Source of the DNA: Microcoleus sp.
GTDB taxonomy: Bacteria > Cyanobacteriota > Cyanobacteriia > Cyanobacteriales > Microcoleaceae
Length of the DNA stretch: 64,000 nucleotides
Direction of reading: 5' to 3'
Assembly: GCA_042408215.1 (NCBI GenBank)
Contig: JAYFMW010000019.1
Location: 32,001-96,000 of the forward strand
Below, in pieces: positions 22,336 to 33,079 of this stretch. The notes below the pieces were generated by a model. The model did no database searches and was not told where the DNA came from. It worked only from the letters and a program-made list of their open reading frames with translations. The stretch's first letter is position 1; every line of letters starts with the position of its first letter. Made by a program: the position numbers and the translations under genes.

Positions 22336-23196
22336 CTATAAACTGATAACGAACACTCCGAAAATCATGATTGCTGCGCCTAGTAATCTTTGTTGAATAT
22401 CTTTTTCCTTGAAAATAAAGTGGCCGAATAATACACCCATTAATACGCTAGTACGTTTAATTGCTATCACTTGTACTACCAAAGTTAATGTCAAAGCTTG
22501 CATTTGACAAAGCACTCCTATAGCATTGAAAAATCCCATAGCTGCTAGCATTGGTAATTGTTTGAGGATTTTTCGGCTGGGATTTGGGGTTTTGTGCAAT
22601 AACATTGGCAGTAGCAAGATACTCATTGTACCAAACAAAGAGAATAGCCAAAAAATCGGGGATGAATTTTTAACTCCTATTTTGTCAAAGTTTGAGGTGA
22701 TACTCCAGAGAAATGCTACAATTAACATCATTTTTGGCCCTGGTTCCTTCAGCAGTGCTTTGAATGGGGCTAAATATCCTTGCGATTTCTCTTTGATATT
22801 TAGTAAGTAAGAGCCTGTTACGATTAGCAAAATGCCAATATAATCAAAAAATTTGGGATATTCACCGACAATTAATGGTGAAGTTAGCAACATGAATAAG
22901 GGGGTCAACGCTACCAGCGGTACTGTCAGGGATAAATCTGATACTTTGATGGCTTTGATGTAGAGTATGGCTGTGACAGCGTTGATGCTACCTCCGATTA
23001 ATAGGGCGATCCAAAATTGAGTGTTTAATGCCGGAATTCCTGTAGAAATTACCCAGGGAGTTAAAAAGATGACCGAAAAGAATGCGAGGGACCAAGCGAC
23101 TACATATTCGTCACTTTTTTTGAGATTTTGCTTGCCAAAAACGTCTTTAAGTGCTTCAAAGAAAGCGGTAAAGATTCCTAAAATTAACCAAGTCAA
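22336..23196 (-). CDS. EamA/DMT family transporter
   Basis: About ten hydrophobic helices in two repeats; IKRTSVL.GVL.G...FKE. Confidence 0.88.
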   Translation of the reverse strand: MTWLILGIFTAFFEALKDVFGKQNLKKSDEYVVAWSLAFFSVIFLTPWVISTGIPALNTQFWIALLIGGSINAVTAILYIKAIKVSDLSLTVPLVALTPLFMLLTSPLIVGEYPKFFDYIGILLIVTGSYLLNIKEKSQGYLAPFKALLKEPGPKMMLIVAFLWSITSNFDKIGVKNSSPIFWLFSLFGTMSILLLPMLLHKTPNPSRKILKQLPMLAAMGFFNAIGVLCQMQALTLTLVVQVIAIKRTSVLMGVLFGHFIFKEKDIQQRLLGAAIMIFGVFVISL

Positions 23197-23930
23197 CCTA
23201 AGTATGCCCTCCTGACTCGCTCGTCGTTGAGCAAATCTGATCCAATGCCTGTCAGAGTTATGTTACCAGCTTCTAGCACGTAACCTCGATCGGCAATTTG
23301 CAATGCTAAACTGGCGTTTTGTTCGACTAACAAAATTGTAACCCCCGTGGAGCGCAGATTTTGAATAATCCCAAAGATTTCTTTGACTATGGCTGGCGCT
23401 AAACCTAAACTGGGTTCGTCTAATAGTAGCAGTTTTGGGCGCGACATCAACGCGCGGGCGATCGCCAACATTTGCTGTTCCCCGCCACTCAGGGTTCCCG
23501 ATAATTGATGGCGGCGTTCTGCTAACCTGGGAAATAGTTTAAATTGGTAGTCTAAATCTGCTTTGATTTCTGCTGTTTGCGATCGCACATAGGCCCCTAA
23601 TTCCAAGTTTGTCAACACCGTTTGCTGCGCCAAAACCCTCCTCCCTTCTGGGCTGTGGGCTATTCCGAGTTTGACAACTTCGTGAGGGAGGCGGCGGGTA
23701 ATATCGCGCCCGTTATAGATAATTTGTCCTTGGTGTAGATTAACTATTTTGGAAATAGCCCTGAGTGTGGTACTTTTGCCGGCACCATTCGCACCGATGA
23801 GGCTGACGACTTCGCCTGCATTTATGATTAAATTAATATTTTGTAAAGCTTGAATTCCGCCGTAATTTACTGAAAGATTCTTGAGTTCTAAGAGGATGTT
23901 TTTGGTGGTTTTGGGTGGGCTATTGTGCAT
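23193..23930 (-). CDS. livF: Branched-chain amino acid ABC transporter ATP-binding protein (LivF-like)
   Basis: GANGAGKST, PEGRRV, LSGGEQQMLA, LDEPSLGLAP, VEQN; the ORF's upstream extension to 24029 runs through a repeat. Confidence 0.88.
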   Translation of the reverse strand: MHNSPPKTTKNILLELKNLSVNYGGIQALQNINLIINAGEVVSLIGANGAGKSTTLRAISKIVNLHQGQIIYNGRDITRRLPHEVVKLGIAHSPEGRRVLAQQTVLTNLELGAYVRSQTAEIKADLDYQFKLFPRLAERRHQLSGTLSGGEQQMLAIARALMSRPKLLLLDEPSLGLAPAIVKEIFGIIQNLRSTGVTILLVEQNASLALQIADRGYVLEAGNITLTGIGSDLLNDERVRRAYLG

Positions 23931-24173
23931 TTTATGTGACTTGGATTGTTGATGAAAAAACGTCTCTTTTCTAGCAGTTTTTTGGTCGTGAGTCCGATAG
24001 TCCGACAGGGGTTGAAACCCCTGTCTCATAGCTAAAGTCCTCTTAAGAGGACTGGGAGATACATTTAATACTAATTATTACTCTTAGTCCGCGGAGGCGG
24101 ACATTGTTTGTGTAGCCGCGATTTCCAATCGCCGGGTTCCAATCGCCGGTTTCCAATCGCCGGGTTTTCTGAG

Positions 24174-24986
24174 TTATTTTTCATCTCCCAAATAAGCTTC
24201 AATTACAGCAGGATCATTCCTGACAATAGCAGGTTCTCCCAAGGCAATTAGCTGACCAAAATGCAGCACGGCAATTCGATCGCACAATCCCATCACCAGC
24301 GGTACGTGATGCTCGATCAATATTACAGTTAAATTGAACTTTTGGCGCACTTCTCGGATAAAGTCACTTAATTTGTGCTTTTCATTCGGATTCATCCCCG
24401 CCGCCGGTTCATCTAACAGCAATATTTGCGGTTCTAGGGCTAAAGCACGGGCAATTTCTAAACGTCTTTGGTCGCCGTAGGACAAGTTTTTGGCTTGTTC
24501 GTCTGCCCGATCGCCCAATCCGACCAATTCCAACAATTCCAACGCTTTCTCGCGGGTTTGGCGCTCCATTGCGTTCGCTGCTGGTAACGCAAATATGCCC
24601 GCTAGCAGTGATAAAACGGGATTGTGCGATCGGCTGTGGATATGTCGCGCGATCGCCACGTTTTCACTAACAGAAAGTTCCCCAAACAACCGGATATTTT
24701 GAAAAGTTCTGGCAATCCCTTTATTGGCAATTTGATAAGGTTTCAATTGAGAAATATTTTCATCTTGATAAATCAGATTGCCGCTAGAAGCAGGTATCAA
24801 TCCAGTCATTACATTAAATAGGGTAGTCTTGCCCGCGCCGTTAGGGCCGATCAGTCCAAATATCTCGTCTTTTTCAACTGTAAAAGATACGTCGTTGACG
24901 GCAATTAAACCACCAAAGCGACGAGTTAATCCTTTGGCGGCTAAAACAGGATTGGTTTTTGAGAAGGTCAGGGTTTCGGAACTCAT
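24174..24986 (-). CDS. livG: Branched-chain amino acid ABC transporter ATP-binding protein (LivG-like)
   Basis: [47 protein letters not shown]. Confidence 0.88.
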   Translation of the reverse strand: MSSETLTFSKTNPVLAAKGLTRRFGGLIAVNDVSFTVEKDEIFGLIGPNGAGKTTLFNVMTGLIPASSGNLIYQDENISQLKPYQIANKGIARTFQNIRLFGELSVSENVAIARHIHSRSHNPVLSLLAGIFALPAANAMERQTREKALELLELVGLGDRADEQAKNLSYGDQRRLEIARALALEPQILLLDEPAAGMNPNEKHKLSDFIREVRQKFNLTVILIEHHVPLVMGLCDRIAVLHFGQLIALGEPAIVRNDPAVIEAYLGDEK

Positions 24987-25005
24987 AAACAAATGATAAA
25001 ATATA

Positions 25006-25137
25006 AGATATAGCAATCCTAAATCATTTGTACAAATATGTAGGGGTAGTGCCCCCGTGCCTACCCCAGCCAAAACGGGCAACCACGGGGGATTGCCCCT
25101 ACAATAATTACGCAAATGATTTAGGATTGCTATATCT
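25006..25137. mobile_element. MITE-like element with 25-bp perfect inverted ends enclosing a GTAG-type REP pair
   Basis: AGATATAGCAATCCTAAATCATTTG (25006-25030) is the reverse complement of 25113-25137; interior GTAGGGGTAGTGCCCC...GGGGATTGCCCCTAC. Confidence 0.7.
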
Positions 25138-25153
25138 AATTATGCCTCAAATT

Positions 25154-25405
25154 ATGGATGCTCAAAAACTCTTAGAACGAATCACCGTAAATCCCCAAAT
25201 ATTTAACGGAAAACCGATTATTCGGGGTCGCCGTCTGGCGGTTGAGCACATTCTAGGAATGTTAGCCGCTGGCGACACTCCTGAAACGATTCTCGAAGGC
25301 TATCCCTGGCTAGAAAGAGAAGATATTCAGGCTTGTCTAGTTTATGCCCACCGACTGGTTAGTCACGAGCGAGTCGAACCTCTCTTGGTGGAAGCTGGCA
25401 AATGA
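25154..25405 (+). CDS. DUF433 domain protein
   Basis: ITVNPQIFNGKPIIRGRRLAVEHILGMLAAG...YPWLEREDIQACL. Confidence 0.9.
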   Translation: MDAQKLLERITVNPQIFNGKPIIRGRRLAVEHILGMLAAGDTPETILEGYPWLEREDIQACLVYAHRLVSHERVEPLLVEAGK

Positions 25406-25417
25406 AAATATAAACTC

Positions 25418-25489
25418 ATGCGAGAAATCCGATGCAATGCCTGTGGTAGCAACCGCTATGAGGAACGTAAAATCAATTACCTTTTTTAG
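25418..25489 (+). pseudogene. Truncated YgiT/MqsA-type zinc-finger remnant
   Basis: MREIRCNACGSNRYEERKINYLF* directly after DUF433; only the first CxxC is present. Confidence 0.45.
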
Positions 25490-25581
25490 ATTGCCCGGAG
25501 TCCTGAAACCAGTTTGATGAGAATGTAAACACAATTATTCATATAGCTGATACGGCTCATCACACACAAGGATTCTAGCCC

Positions 25582-28500
25582 ATGACGAAGCACTACCGAC
25601 AAAGATTAATTACCGTAATTGCCCTCTCGTTTCTATCTTTCACATCGCCTTTGCTGTTGATTCGCAATGCTAGGGCTGGAATTGTGTACGAACCCACAGC
25701 TAACCCCAAAGAGATTGCCTCCCTCATCGAGAAGTTAAAGACTAACGATGAAAGGGAACTTGATACAGCTATTGAGAAGTTAGGAAAAATAGGTGAACCA
25801 GCCATCCCGGCTTTGAGTGAAGCTTTGCGCGATCAGAATTTGCTAGTCCGCCGGAGTGCTGCCCAGGTTCTCGCAAAAATTGGCCATCCTGCTATTCCTG
25901 ACCTTGCTAAAGCTTTGAACAACCCCGATGCAGGTGTGCGTAGCAGCGCAGCCTCTGCTTTGGGGGGTATCGGTCCAGAAGCTAAAACTGCTGTGCCGAA
26001 GCTAATTTTCCTACTTAAAGACCGCGAGGCAAATGTGCGTGGCAGTGCAGCCTCTGCTTTGGGGAGTATCGGTCCAGAAGCTAAAACTGCTGCGCGGCCG
26101 CTAGTTCCCCTGCTTAAAGACCGCGAGGCAAGTGTGCGTAGCAGTGCAGCCTATGCTTTGGATAGAATTGGTGCAGAAGCTAAAGATGCTGTGCAAGATC
26201 TCGTTCCCCTGCTTAAAGACTCCGATGTAGGTGTGCGTAGAGATGCAGCCTATGCTTTGGGGAGAATTGGTGCAGAAGCTAAAACTGCTGTGCCACAGCT
26301 AGTTCGACTGCTTACAAACTCCGATGTAGGTGTGCGTAGGACTGCAACCTATGCTTTGGAGGGAATCGGTGCAGAAGCTAAAGCTGCTGTGCCACAGTTA
26401 ATTGCCCTGCTTAAAGAAGACTCCGATGCCAATGTGCGTAGGAATGCAGCCTATGCCTTGGGGAATATCGGTGCAGAAGCTAAAGATGCTGTGCCACAGC
26501 TAATTCTTCTGCTTAACAACTCGGATGCAAATTTGCGCGGCAGTGCAGCTTATGCCTTGGGGGATATCGGTGCCAAAACTATTGTGCCGAAACTAATTCC
26601 CCTGCTTAACAACTCAGATCCAACTAATGATGCAAATGTGCGTTGGAGAGCAGTCTATGCTTTGGGGAAAATGGGTGCAGAAGCTAAAATTGCTGTTCCA
26701 CAGCTAATTCTCCGGCTTAAAGACTCAGATGCAAATGTGCGTAGCAGTGCCGCCAATGTCTTGGGGGGTATCGGTGCAGAAGCTAAAGATGCTGTGCCAC
26801 AGCTAATTCTTCTGCTTAAAGACTCCAATGTAAATGTGCGTAGCAGTGCGGTCTCTGCTTTGAAGAGTATTGGTGCAGAAACTAAAACTGTTGTGCCAGA
26901 GTTAGTTGGCCAGCTTAAAGACTCCGATACAAATGTGCGTAGCAGTGCAGCCTCTGCTTTGGAGAGTATTGCTCTTAGCCTTCAAGAAAAAGCAAAGACG
27001 CTAACTTCACCGGAGTTAAATCAGGCTGTATCAAACTTAGAATCAGCCTTGAAAGTTTTGGCAGAACATAAAGATGATTTCTCACAATCAACGATCGCAA
27101 ATCTCCGCCTATACATCACTGTTCTCAAAGCCGAAAAAAACGATCGCCTATTCGTAAAATCAATCATCCAAAATCCCTACATCTGGGGAACCGGAATTTA
27201 CTTATTTTTACTCTGCGGAACCTTTGCCATCCGCCCATTGTGGCTGCTAAAAATCTACGAAACCTTAAAACCGATCGGCTTCAAAATACCAGTTCTCGGC
27301 ACAGATGTATCCCTCGGCAACTTGATATTTTTCAAATACCATCCCAGAGTTCTTGATGCTTGGGTGACAGCACATATCCAAGCCACACGAGAGGAATTTC
27401 AGAACCGGAAAACAGTGCGCGATCGCAAAATTTTCGTTCCCATCCCCGTCATCCTTGATAACAACACTATTGCAACTTTGAAAGGCCAATATTTGCAGCC
27501 CACATTTGCTAAAAAGCGCGGTTGTTTGTTGATTTGGGAAGAAGGGGGAGCCGGGAAAACCAGTTTAGCTTGTCAGATTGGCAAATGGGCGATGTCGGAT
27601 CATCCTGAAGAACGCATTTGCAGTCATCGAATGCTGCCAGTTCTGATCGAAGAGGAACTAAAAGTAGCCGAAGGCAAACAGCCATTCATCGAAGCAATTC
27701 GCGGTCAATTGCAAGATTTAAACGATACTACCGAGGCGATTTCTGAAGAGTTATTAGAACAGTTGCTTAAACAGCGGCGCATCCTAGTCATCGTCGATCA
27801 CTTCTCAGAAATGAGCGAACAGACACGAACAGCAATTAAACCGGAAATGCCAGACTTTCCCGTTAATGCTTTGCTCGTAACTTCGCGGCTGGAAGAACCT
27901 TTAGGTCTAGTCACCAAGACAGCAATCAAACCCCTACGCATTGCTGGAAATCGACTGTCATCGTTCATGGAAAGCTATCTCAACCAACGGCAAAAGCGCG
28001 ACTTATTCAGCGACACAGAATTTTTCAATGCCTGTATCCAACTATCAACAATAGCTGGCGACAGAAACATCACCGTTTTGCTAGCCAAACTCTATGCCGA
28101 CCAACTGATTACCAAGAAAGAAGGCACAACAGACGGCAATTTACCGGATAATATTGCTGAGTTAATGCTGCACTACTTAAATCAACTCAACCGCAGCGTA
28201 ACAGAGAATAAATTGAGCGATGCCACCGTCCACAAAGATGCTAAAATCATAGCCTGGGAATGCCTGAAACAAACCTATCGCCCCGCAGCCGCCAACCGTC
28301 AAAATGCGATAGATGCTCTGGGTGGAGAGAATGCAGAATCGCGAATCAAGTATTTAGAAGACAAACTCAGAATCATCCAAACAAAAGGTGTATCCCACGA
28401 CCAAATTCACTTTGCTTTAGATCCGGTAGCAGAGTATTTAGCCGCGTTGCATTTGCTAGATATTAACGGCACTGATGAGAGTAAATGGCAAGATTTTTTG

Positions 28501-28665
28501 AAGGTAGCAGACTCCCAAAATTCACCAGAAGGAATCAAAGGTTTTATGCTCGCAGTAAAAGATTGCTATCTAGATCAAATTCCCGGTGCAAAAGATACCG
28601 ACTTTCTGCCACAACAAATCACATCGCGCTATAATGTAAGTACCGTAGTGCCTGTATCTCCTTAA
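25582..28665 (+). CDS. Signal peptide + HEAT/PBS-lyase repeats + TM helix + NACHT-like NTPase
   Basis: More than ten ~33-aa VRxxAAxALGxIG repeats; hydrophobic segment YIWGTGIYLFLLCGTFAI; EGGAGKTSL P-loop; ILVIVDHFSE Walker B. Confidence 0.8.
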   Translation: MTKHYRQRLITVIALSFLSFTSPLLLIRNARAGIVYEPTANPKEIASLIEKLKTNDERELDTAIEKLGKIGEPAIPALSEALRDQNLLVRRSAAQVLAKIGHPAIPDLAKALNNPDAGVRSSAASALGGIGPEAKTAVPKLIFLLKDREANVRGSAASALGSIGPEAKTAARPLVPLLKDREASVRSSAAYALDRIGAEAKDAVQDLVPLLKDSDVGVRRDAAYALGRIGAEAKTAVPQLVRLLTNSDVGVRRTATYALEGIGAEAKAAVPQLIALLKEDSDANVRRNAAYALGNIGAEAKDAVPQLILLLNNSDANLRGSAAYALGDIGAKTIVPKLIPLLNNSDPTNDANVRWRAVYALGKMGAEAKIAVPQLILRLKDSDANVRSSAANVLGGIGAEAKDAVPQLILLLKDSNVNVRSSAVSALKSIGAETKTVVPELVGQLKDSDTNVRSSAASALESIALSLQEKAKTLTSPELNQAVSNLESALKVLAEHKDDFSQSTIANLRLYITVLKAEKNDRLFVKSIIQNPYIWGTGIYLFLLCGTFAIRPLWLLKIYETLKPIGFKIPVLGTDVSLGNLIFFKYHPRVLDAWVTAHIQATREEFQNRKTVRDRKIFVPIPVILDNNTIATLKGQYLQPTFAKKRGCLLIWEEGGAGKTSLACQIGKWAMSDHPEERICSHRMLPVLIEEELKVAEGKQPFIEAIRGQLQDLNDTTEAISEELLEQLLKQRRILVIVDHFSEMSEQTRTAIKPEMPDFPVNALLVTSRLEEPLGLVTKTAIKPLRIAGNRLSSFMESYLNQRQKRDLFSDTEFFNACIQLSTIAGDRNITVLLAKLYADQLITKKEGTTDGNLPDNIAELMLHYLNQLNRSVTENKLSDATVHKDAKIIAWECLKQTYRPAAANRQNAIDALGGENAESRIKYLEDKLRIIQTKGVSHDQIHFALDPVAEYLAALHLLDINGTDESKWQDFLKVADSQNSPEGIKGFMLAVKDCYLDQIPGAKDTDFLPQQITSRYNVSTVVPVSP

Positions 28666-28960
28666 TATCAAATCCGTTATACCAATTTAATGGGTCGTTG
28701 CAGATATCTCGATCCCCCTAAATCCCCCTTAAGAAGGGGGACTTTGAGAATAATCTTGTCCCCCCCCCTTGTAGGGGCGGTGCCCCCGTGCCCGCCCTTG
28801 GTTAGGGGGTATCAGACTCTATGCAGCCTCATAAAAAATTTGTATTAGCATGATCGGGCGTAAAATCAAGTCAACAGTCAACAGTCAACAGTCAACAGTC
28901 AACAATCATTCCGGTGCAACCGGAATTGATATCACATCTCCCAGGGACAATTGTATAACA

Positions 28961-29854
28961 ATGTACATACCAGATTCGCAATCTTCCCAAGCAAAAGCGT
29001 TGCCGACGATGTACGATCTACCCAGTGAAGACCCGGAGGACCCAGGCTTGCCTGACGAATATCACCGGTGGCAAGCACAACTTTTGTGCGATAGCTGCCT
29101 CCCTTCTAATTATCCAGCCGATCGCGTATTTTCGGCCAGCGATCTTAATCTATACTACGACTCCAGCCATCCCAATTGGTACAAAAGACCCGATTGGTAC
29201 TTAGTTGTGGGCGTTTCGAGATTTTACCAAGACAGAGACTTGCGCCAAAGTTACGTGATTTGGGATGAAGCAGTCAATCCTTTAATTGCGATCGAATTTC
29301 TGTCGCCCGGTACGGAAGATGAAGATTTGGGGCTGACAGCATCGGAACCAAACAAACCGCCGACTAAGTGGCAGGTTTACGAGAGAATTTTGCAGATTCC
29401 TTATTACTTTGTTTTTAGTAAATACAACAACCAATTGAGAGTATTTCGCTTAATTGGCAACCGTTACCGCGAACAAATATTAACAGGTTCTCGATTCTGG
29501 ATACCGGAAATAAAGTTGAGTTTGGGTTTGTGGGAAGGTTCTTTCCTACAAAATCAGAGGTTGTGGCTGCGTTGGTATGATATTAATGGCAATTTAGTTC
29601 TGACTCCTGAAGAATTTGAAAGACAGCGAGCGCAATTGGAAAGCCAACGAGCTGAATTGGAAAGTCAACGAGCCGAATTTGAAAGACAGCAAGCTGAAAT
29701 TGAAAGACAGCAAGCTGAATCAGAAAGGCAACGAGCCGAATTTGAAAGACAGCAAGCTGAATCAGAAAGGCAACGAGCCCAATCAGAAAGGGAGCGAGCA
29801 AATCGTTTAGCCGATCGCCTCCGAGGGATGGGCATTAATCCAGATGAGTTGTAA
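28961..29854 (+). CDS. Uma2 (DUF820) family endonuclease with coiled-coil heptad tail
   Basis: LPTMYDLPSE, RPDWYLV, IEFLSPGT, KWQVYE; ERQRAEx repeats; LADRLRGMGINPDEL end. Confidence 0.9.
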   Translation: MYIPDSQSSQAKALPTMYDLPSEDPEDPGLPDEYHRWQAQLLCDSCLPSNYPADRVFSASDLNLYYDSSHPNWYKRPDWYLVVGVSRFYQDRDLRQSYVIWDEAVNPLIAIEFLSPGTEDEDLGLTASEPNKPPTKWQVYERILQIPYYFVFSKYNNQLRVFRLIGNRYREQILTGSRFWIPEIKLSLGLWEGSFLQNQRLWLRWYDINGNLVLTPEEFERQRAQLESQRAELESQRAEFERQQAEIERQQAESERQRAEFERQQAESERQRAQSERERANRLADRLRGMGINPDEL

Positions 29855-29926
29855 AATTAAATAGCAGCATGAAATGGTGCAAGCTGCAAGCGCTGTCCAT
29901 AAAAATTTATTAACAAAAAACTACTT

Positions 29927-31795
29927 ATGCCAGAATCTACCTCACTGCGCGATCGCTACTTAGCCCTCATCGACAAAATTGTCGAAATCACCCTCAAAGG
30001 TCAAATTCGCTCCAAAGAACAAGTTTATCAAATGCTCGTGCAAGACATCGGCACCGGCACCGGCGAAATCTTTGAACGCTGCTTCGGAGAACGCCTGGAT
30101 GCCACCGAAAACCTGCTAAAAAATGAAAAAGACGAAATCAAACAAGCCAAAGCAAATCGCACCCTCAGAGCCCTAAAAACCATCCAAGGAGAATGGGAAC
30201 GCTGGCAAAAGGACAACCGAGTTTCTAGTGCGATCGCATCGGCAATTCAACAAATTATTGCCGCCGAACCTAACAGCCGTCTCCTAGCATTATTGCAAGT
30301 AATTGACCCCAACAAAGAACTTCCCCTGACTCTCGATCAATTGCAGCAATTAGCAAAAATCCTGCACCAACAAATGCTGCAAACTTCCAATCCTGAAACC
30401 GAAAGAGACTTGCAGCAAATCACCTCCGGGATTGCCAAAGGTTTAGAATCTTGGCAACGACTGGAACCGGAACTCGTGGGCTGGATTTATCAGCCGCAGC
30501 AGCTAGGATTTGCCGGTTCTCCCGAACAAAACGGGCCTTGGGCTTTTTGGGCAAAAAAGGTGAAAAGTCCTTTTGCTCACGCTCTTTTGAATGCCATTGC
30601 ACTCGGTGAATCGATCGTTGAATTAGCTGCAAAAACCTCTAATTTAGAGTTGGGCGCTTTGGTAGAATTAGGGATTATTTTGCAGTGTTTGCAGCGGGCT
30701 TTGGCGACATGGTTTGACAAGCAAGTTTATGATTCCAAAGTGTCAACAAAAGCTTCAATTTCTACTTACATTACTTTTTCGGTAATTTGGAGTCAGTTAG
30801 CCAGCGGATTTAATAATTCTACCAAAAGCGGCGAGCAGTTGGCAAATGCTTGTTTTCAAGTAACGCTGCAAATTTTGCGTGCTTTTTCTCAACGGGAATA
30901 TTTTCCGCTTTACGGCGGGATTTTCGCCTCCTTTGATGGCAAATCTCTGCGGCATACTTTGGAGTATTTAGACGAACCGCTGCGACGGGTAGAAGGTACT
31001 CAAGCTAAGGCTCGAATTCTGACGCTTTTGGGTTATTCGATGGGGGCTATGGGAGCCTACGAACGTGCTATCTTACTGCACAAAGAAGCCCTGGAAATTG
31101 CCCGTCTGGAAGATGATAAAGCCTGCGAAGTTGCTAATCTCAATCACATCAGCCGTAACTATGTTGCTCAGAAAAACTATCAGGAAGCGATTAATTACAG
31201 TCAGCGGGCTTTAATTATGGCACGACAAGCGGGTGAGCGACAAGGTGAGGCGAATGCTTTGGCTAATTTGGGTTACAGCGAGGTGTTTCAAGCCCGACAG
31301 TTGGAGGAGGTGGAACCGGAGGTTTATGAAAGTGCGATCGGCTATTTGGAGCAAGGTTTGTTGCTGTCGGAAAGGTTGGGCGATCGCCAAAGTCAAGCTT
31401 TTTGTTCCAGCAGTCTGGGAATTGCTAAAATTGCGTTGAAAAATTCTGAAAGTGCGATCGAATATTTGGTCAAAGGTTGGCAAGCGGCCCAATTCTCCGG
31501 GGACTTATATTTGCAAGGTCTGAATTTGGCTTATTTAGCTCAAGCTTATTATAGCATTAATGAGCTAGAAAAAGCTATATTTGCTGGTAGTTTGGGTATG
31601 TATACTTTGGAGCAAATTGGGGCGATGGAGTGGCGTCAATCGGCGGGTTTGCTGACTATTTTGCGGGGACAAATGGGGGCGGAAGCTTTTAAAGAGTCTT
31701 TGGCTAAGAGTCGAGCAAAGATCATTCCGGCGATCGGTGTTGACGGTTACGATTACATCCCGGAATTGTTGGAAAAATATCAGCAATCTATCTAA
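29927..31795 (+). CDS. Tetratricopeptide repeat protein
   Basis: C-terminal TPR helices (EANALANLG, AINYSQRAL). Confidence 0.75.
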   Translation: MPESTSLRDRYLALIDKIVEITLKGQIRSKEQVYQMLVQDIGTGTGEIFERCFGERLDATENLLKNEKDEIKQAKANRTLRALKTIQGEWERWQKDNRVSSAIASAIQQIIAAEPNSRLLALLQVIDPNKELPLTLDQLQQLAKILHQQMLQTSNPETERDLQQITSGIAKGLESWQRLEPELVGWIYQPQQLGFAGSPEQNGPWAFWAKKVKSPFAHALLNAIALGESIVELAAKTSNLELGALVELGIILQCLQRALATWFDKQVYDSKVSTKASISTYITFSVIWSQLASGFNNSTKSGEQLANACFQVTLQILRAFSQREYFPLYGGIFASFDGKSLRHTLEYLDEPLRRVEGTQAKARILTLLGYSMGAMGAYERAILLHKEALEIARLEDDKACEVANLNHISRNYVAQKNYQEAINYSQRALIMARQAGERQGEANALANLGYSEVFQARQLEEVEPEVYESAIGYLEQGLLLSERLGDRQSQAFCSSSLGIAKIALKNSESAIEYLVKGWQAAQFSGDLYLQGLNLAYLAQAYYSINELEKAIFAGSLGMYTLEQIGAMEWRQSAGLLTILRGQMGAEAFKESLAKSRAKIIPAIGVDGYDYIPELLEKYQQSI

Positions 31796-31978
31796 TTAGG
31801 ACTTACGCATGGGAGCCGAGAAACCGGGTTTTTTACGAAAAGACGCATTGCAGCCCGCAGATTGGGTAAAAAACCCGGTTTCTTTGTCGGAGTGCGTCCA
31901 GGACTGTTAATATTAAATCCCGGTTCGTTACCCATTTGATCGATCGCCGGTAATTGATGTTTTTATACTTGCTAACAA

Positions 31979-32614
31979 CTAATGTTCAACTATCACCGGC
32001 GTTCCCACTTCTACTTTCTCAAATAAAGCTTGTGCGTCTTTGTCAAACATTCTCACACAACCATGAGAAGCCGCCCGCCCGATCGACTCTGGATTCGGAG
32101 TACCATGAAAACCAATCACATTCTTACCATCCGTCCAAAACCCGATCCACCTAGTCCCCAAAGGATTATCCGGTCCCGCAGGCACAAGTTCCCCCGTCCA
32201 AGGATGTTCCCAAACTGGATCTTTGATCATGTGTGTAATTTTAAAATTGCCTGTAGGAGTTTCCCAGCCGCCTTTTCCCACAGCCACCCGGAAACTAACT
32301 TGCACCTTATTTTGTCGGTAAACATAGACGCGGCGTTCTCCCAATTTCAGCACTAAACGGACTTCTTCAATGGGATTTACCGGAGCCTGTTGTTCCTGCG
32401 GAATAAACTGGAGCGGTTCTCCCAAGGGCGGTAATTCTGGTGCTCCGAGATTCGGCAATTTTGGCTCGGATTTGACTGACTGCGAGGCGATCGCACTATT
32501 ATTTAAATTAATCAAGGTTTCGGCAACAGCGGGCCGTTGTAGATTAATCGGTAGCGTGGCTGCGCTCAAGCTCAGCACAATTAACTTGCTAAACAAAGAT
32601 TTGCTTTTTACCAT
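31979..32614 (-). CDS. L,D-transpeptidase (YkuD family)
   Basis: VAVGK..WETPTG, NPLGTRWI, GFHGT...SHGCVRM. Confidence 0.93.
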   Translation of the reverse strand: MVKSKSLFSKLIVLSLSAATLPINLQRPAVAETLINLNNSAIASQSVKSEPKLPNLGAPELPPLGEPLQFIPQEQQAPVNPIEEVRLVLKLGERRVYVYRQNKVQVSFRVAVGKGGWETPTGNFKITHMIKDPVWEHPWTGELVPAGPDNPLGTRWIGFWTDGKNVIGFHGTPNPESIGRAASHGCVRMFDKDAQALFEKVEVGTPVIVEH

Positions 32615-32640
32615 TGTTTTGTTGGCTCAACTCCTCGACG

Positions 32641-32755
32641 GGTAGGGACACGGCATAGCCTTGTCCCTACTACAAAATTTAGATCTAATTATCTGCAAGA
32701 CGCCACCGAAATTAAGAGTTTTAAGTAGGGACACTCCAAGAGCCGTGTCCCTACT
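32641..32755. repeat. Two GTAGGGACAC...GTCCCTAC REP-like hairpins
   Basis: Copies at ~32642-32670 and ~32725-32754; related copies at ~38365, ~38625 and ~59813. Confidence 0.7.
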
Positions 32756-33079
32756 ACTCCACCGAGATCGCGGTGGTGCAGAAAAACTGCCACGGTCGAT
32801 CGCTAAAACTAAATATATCACGGGAACACAACGGGAGGGCGATCGGCTGAAATTGTCGCTTTCTGACACTTGCACAGATACTCCAGCAAGATGATGGATT
32901 AAATTTTCCCAGGGAACTTTTGAGGTACAATTGAGTCTTTAAAGACTTGTTCTATAATCTTTTGTGAAATTGTCAAAAATTTCCTACTCCGGGCATTAAA
33001 CTGGATTAGGTATAAAGGTTGGGAGTTTCGCACAGCGGAAGCAAACCCGACCCTGAATAGCAGTTAATGTGAGGTTTCA

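Noticed and set aside
29610..29800. 21-bp repeats as a regulatory array
   Set aside because: They encode the ordinary ERQRAE coiled-coil tail of a Uma2 protein.
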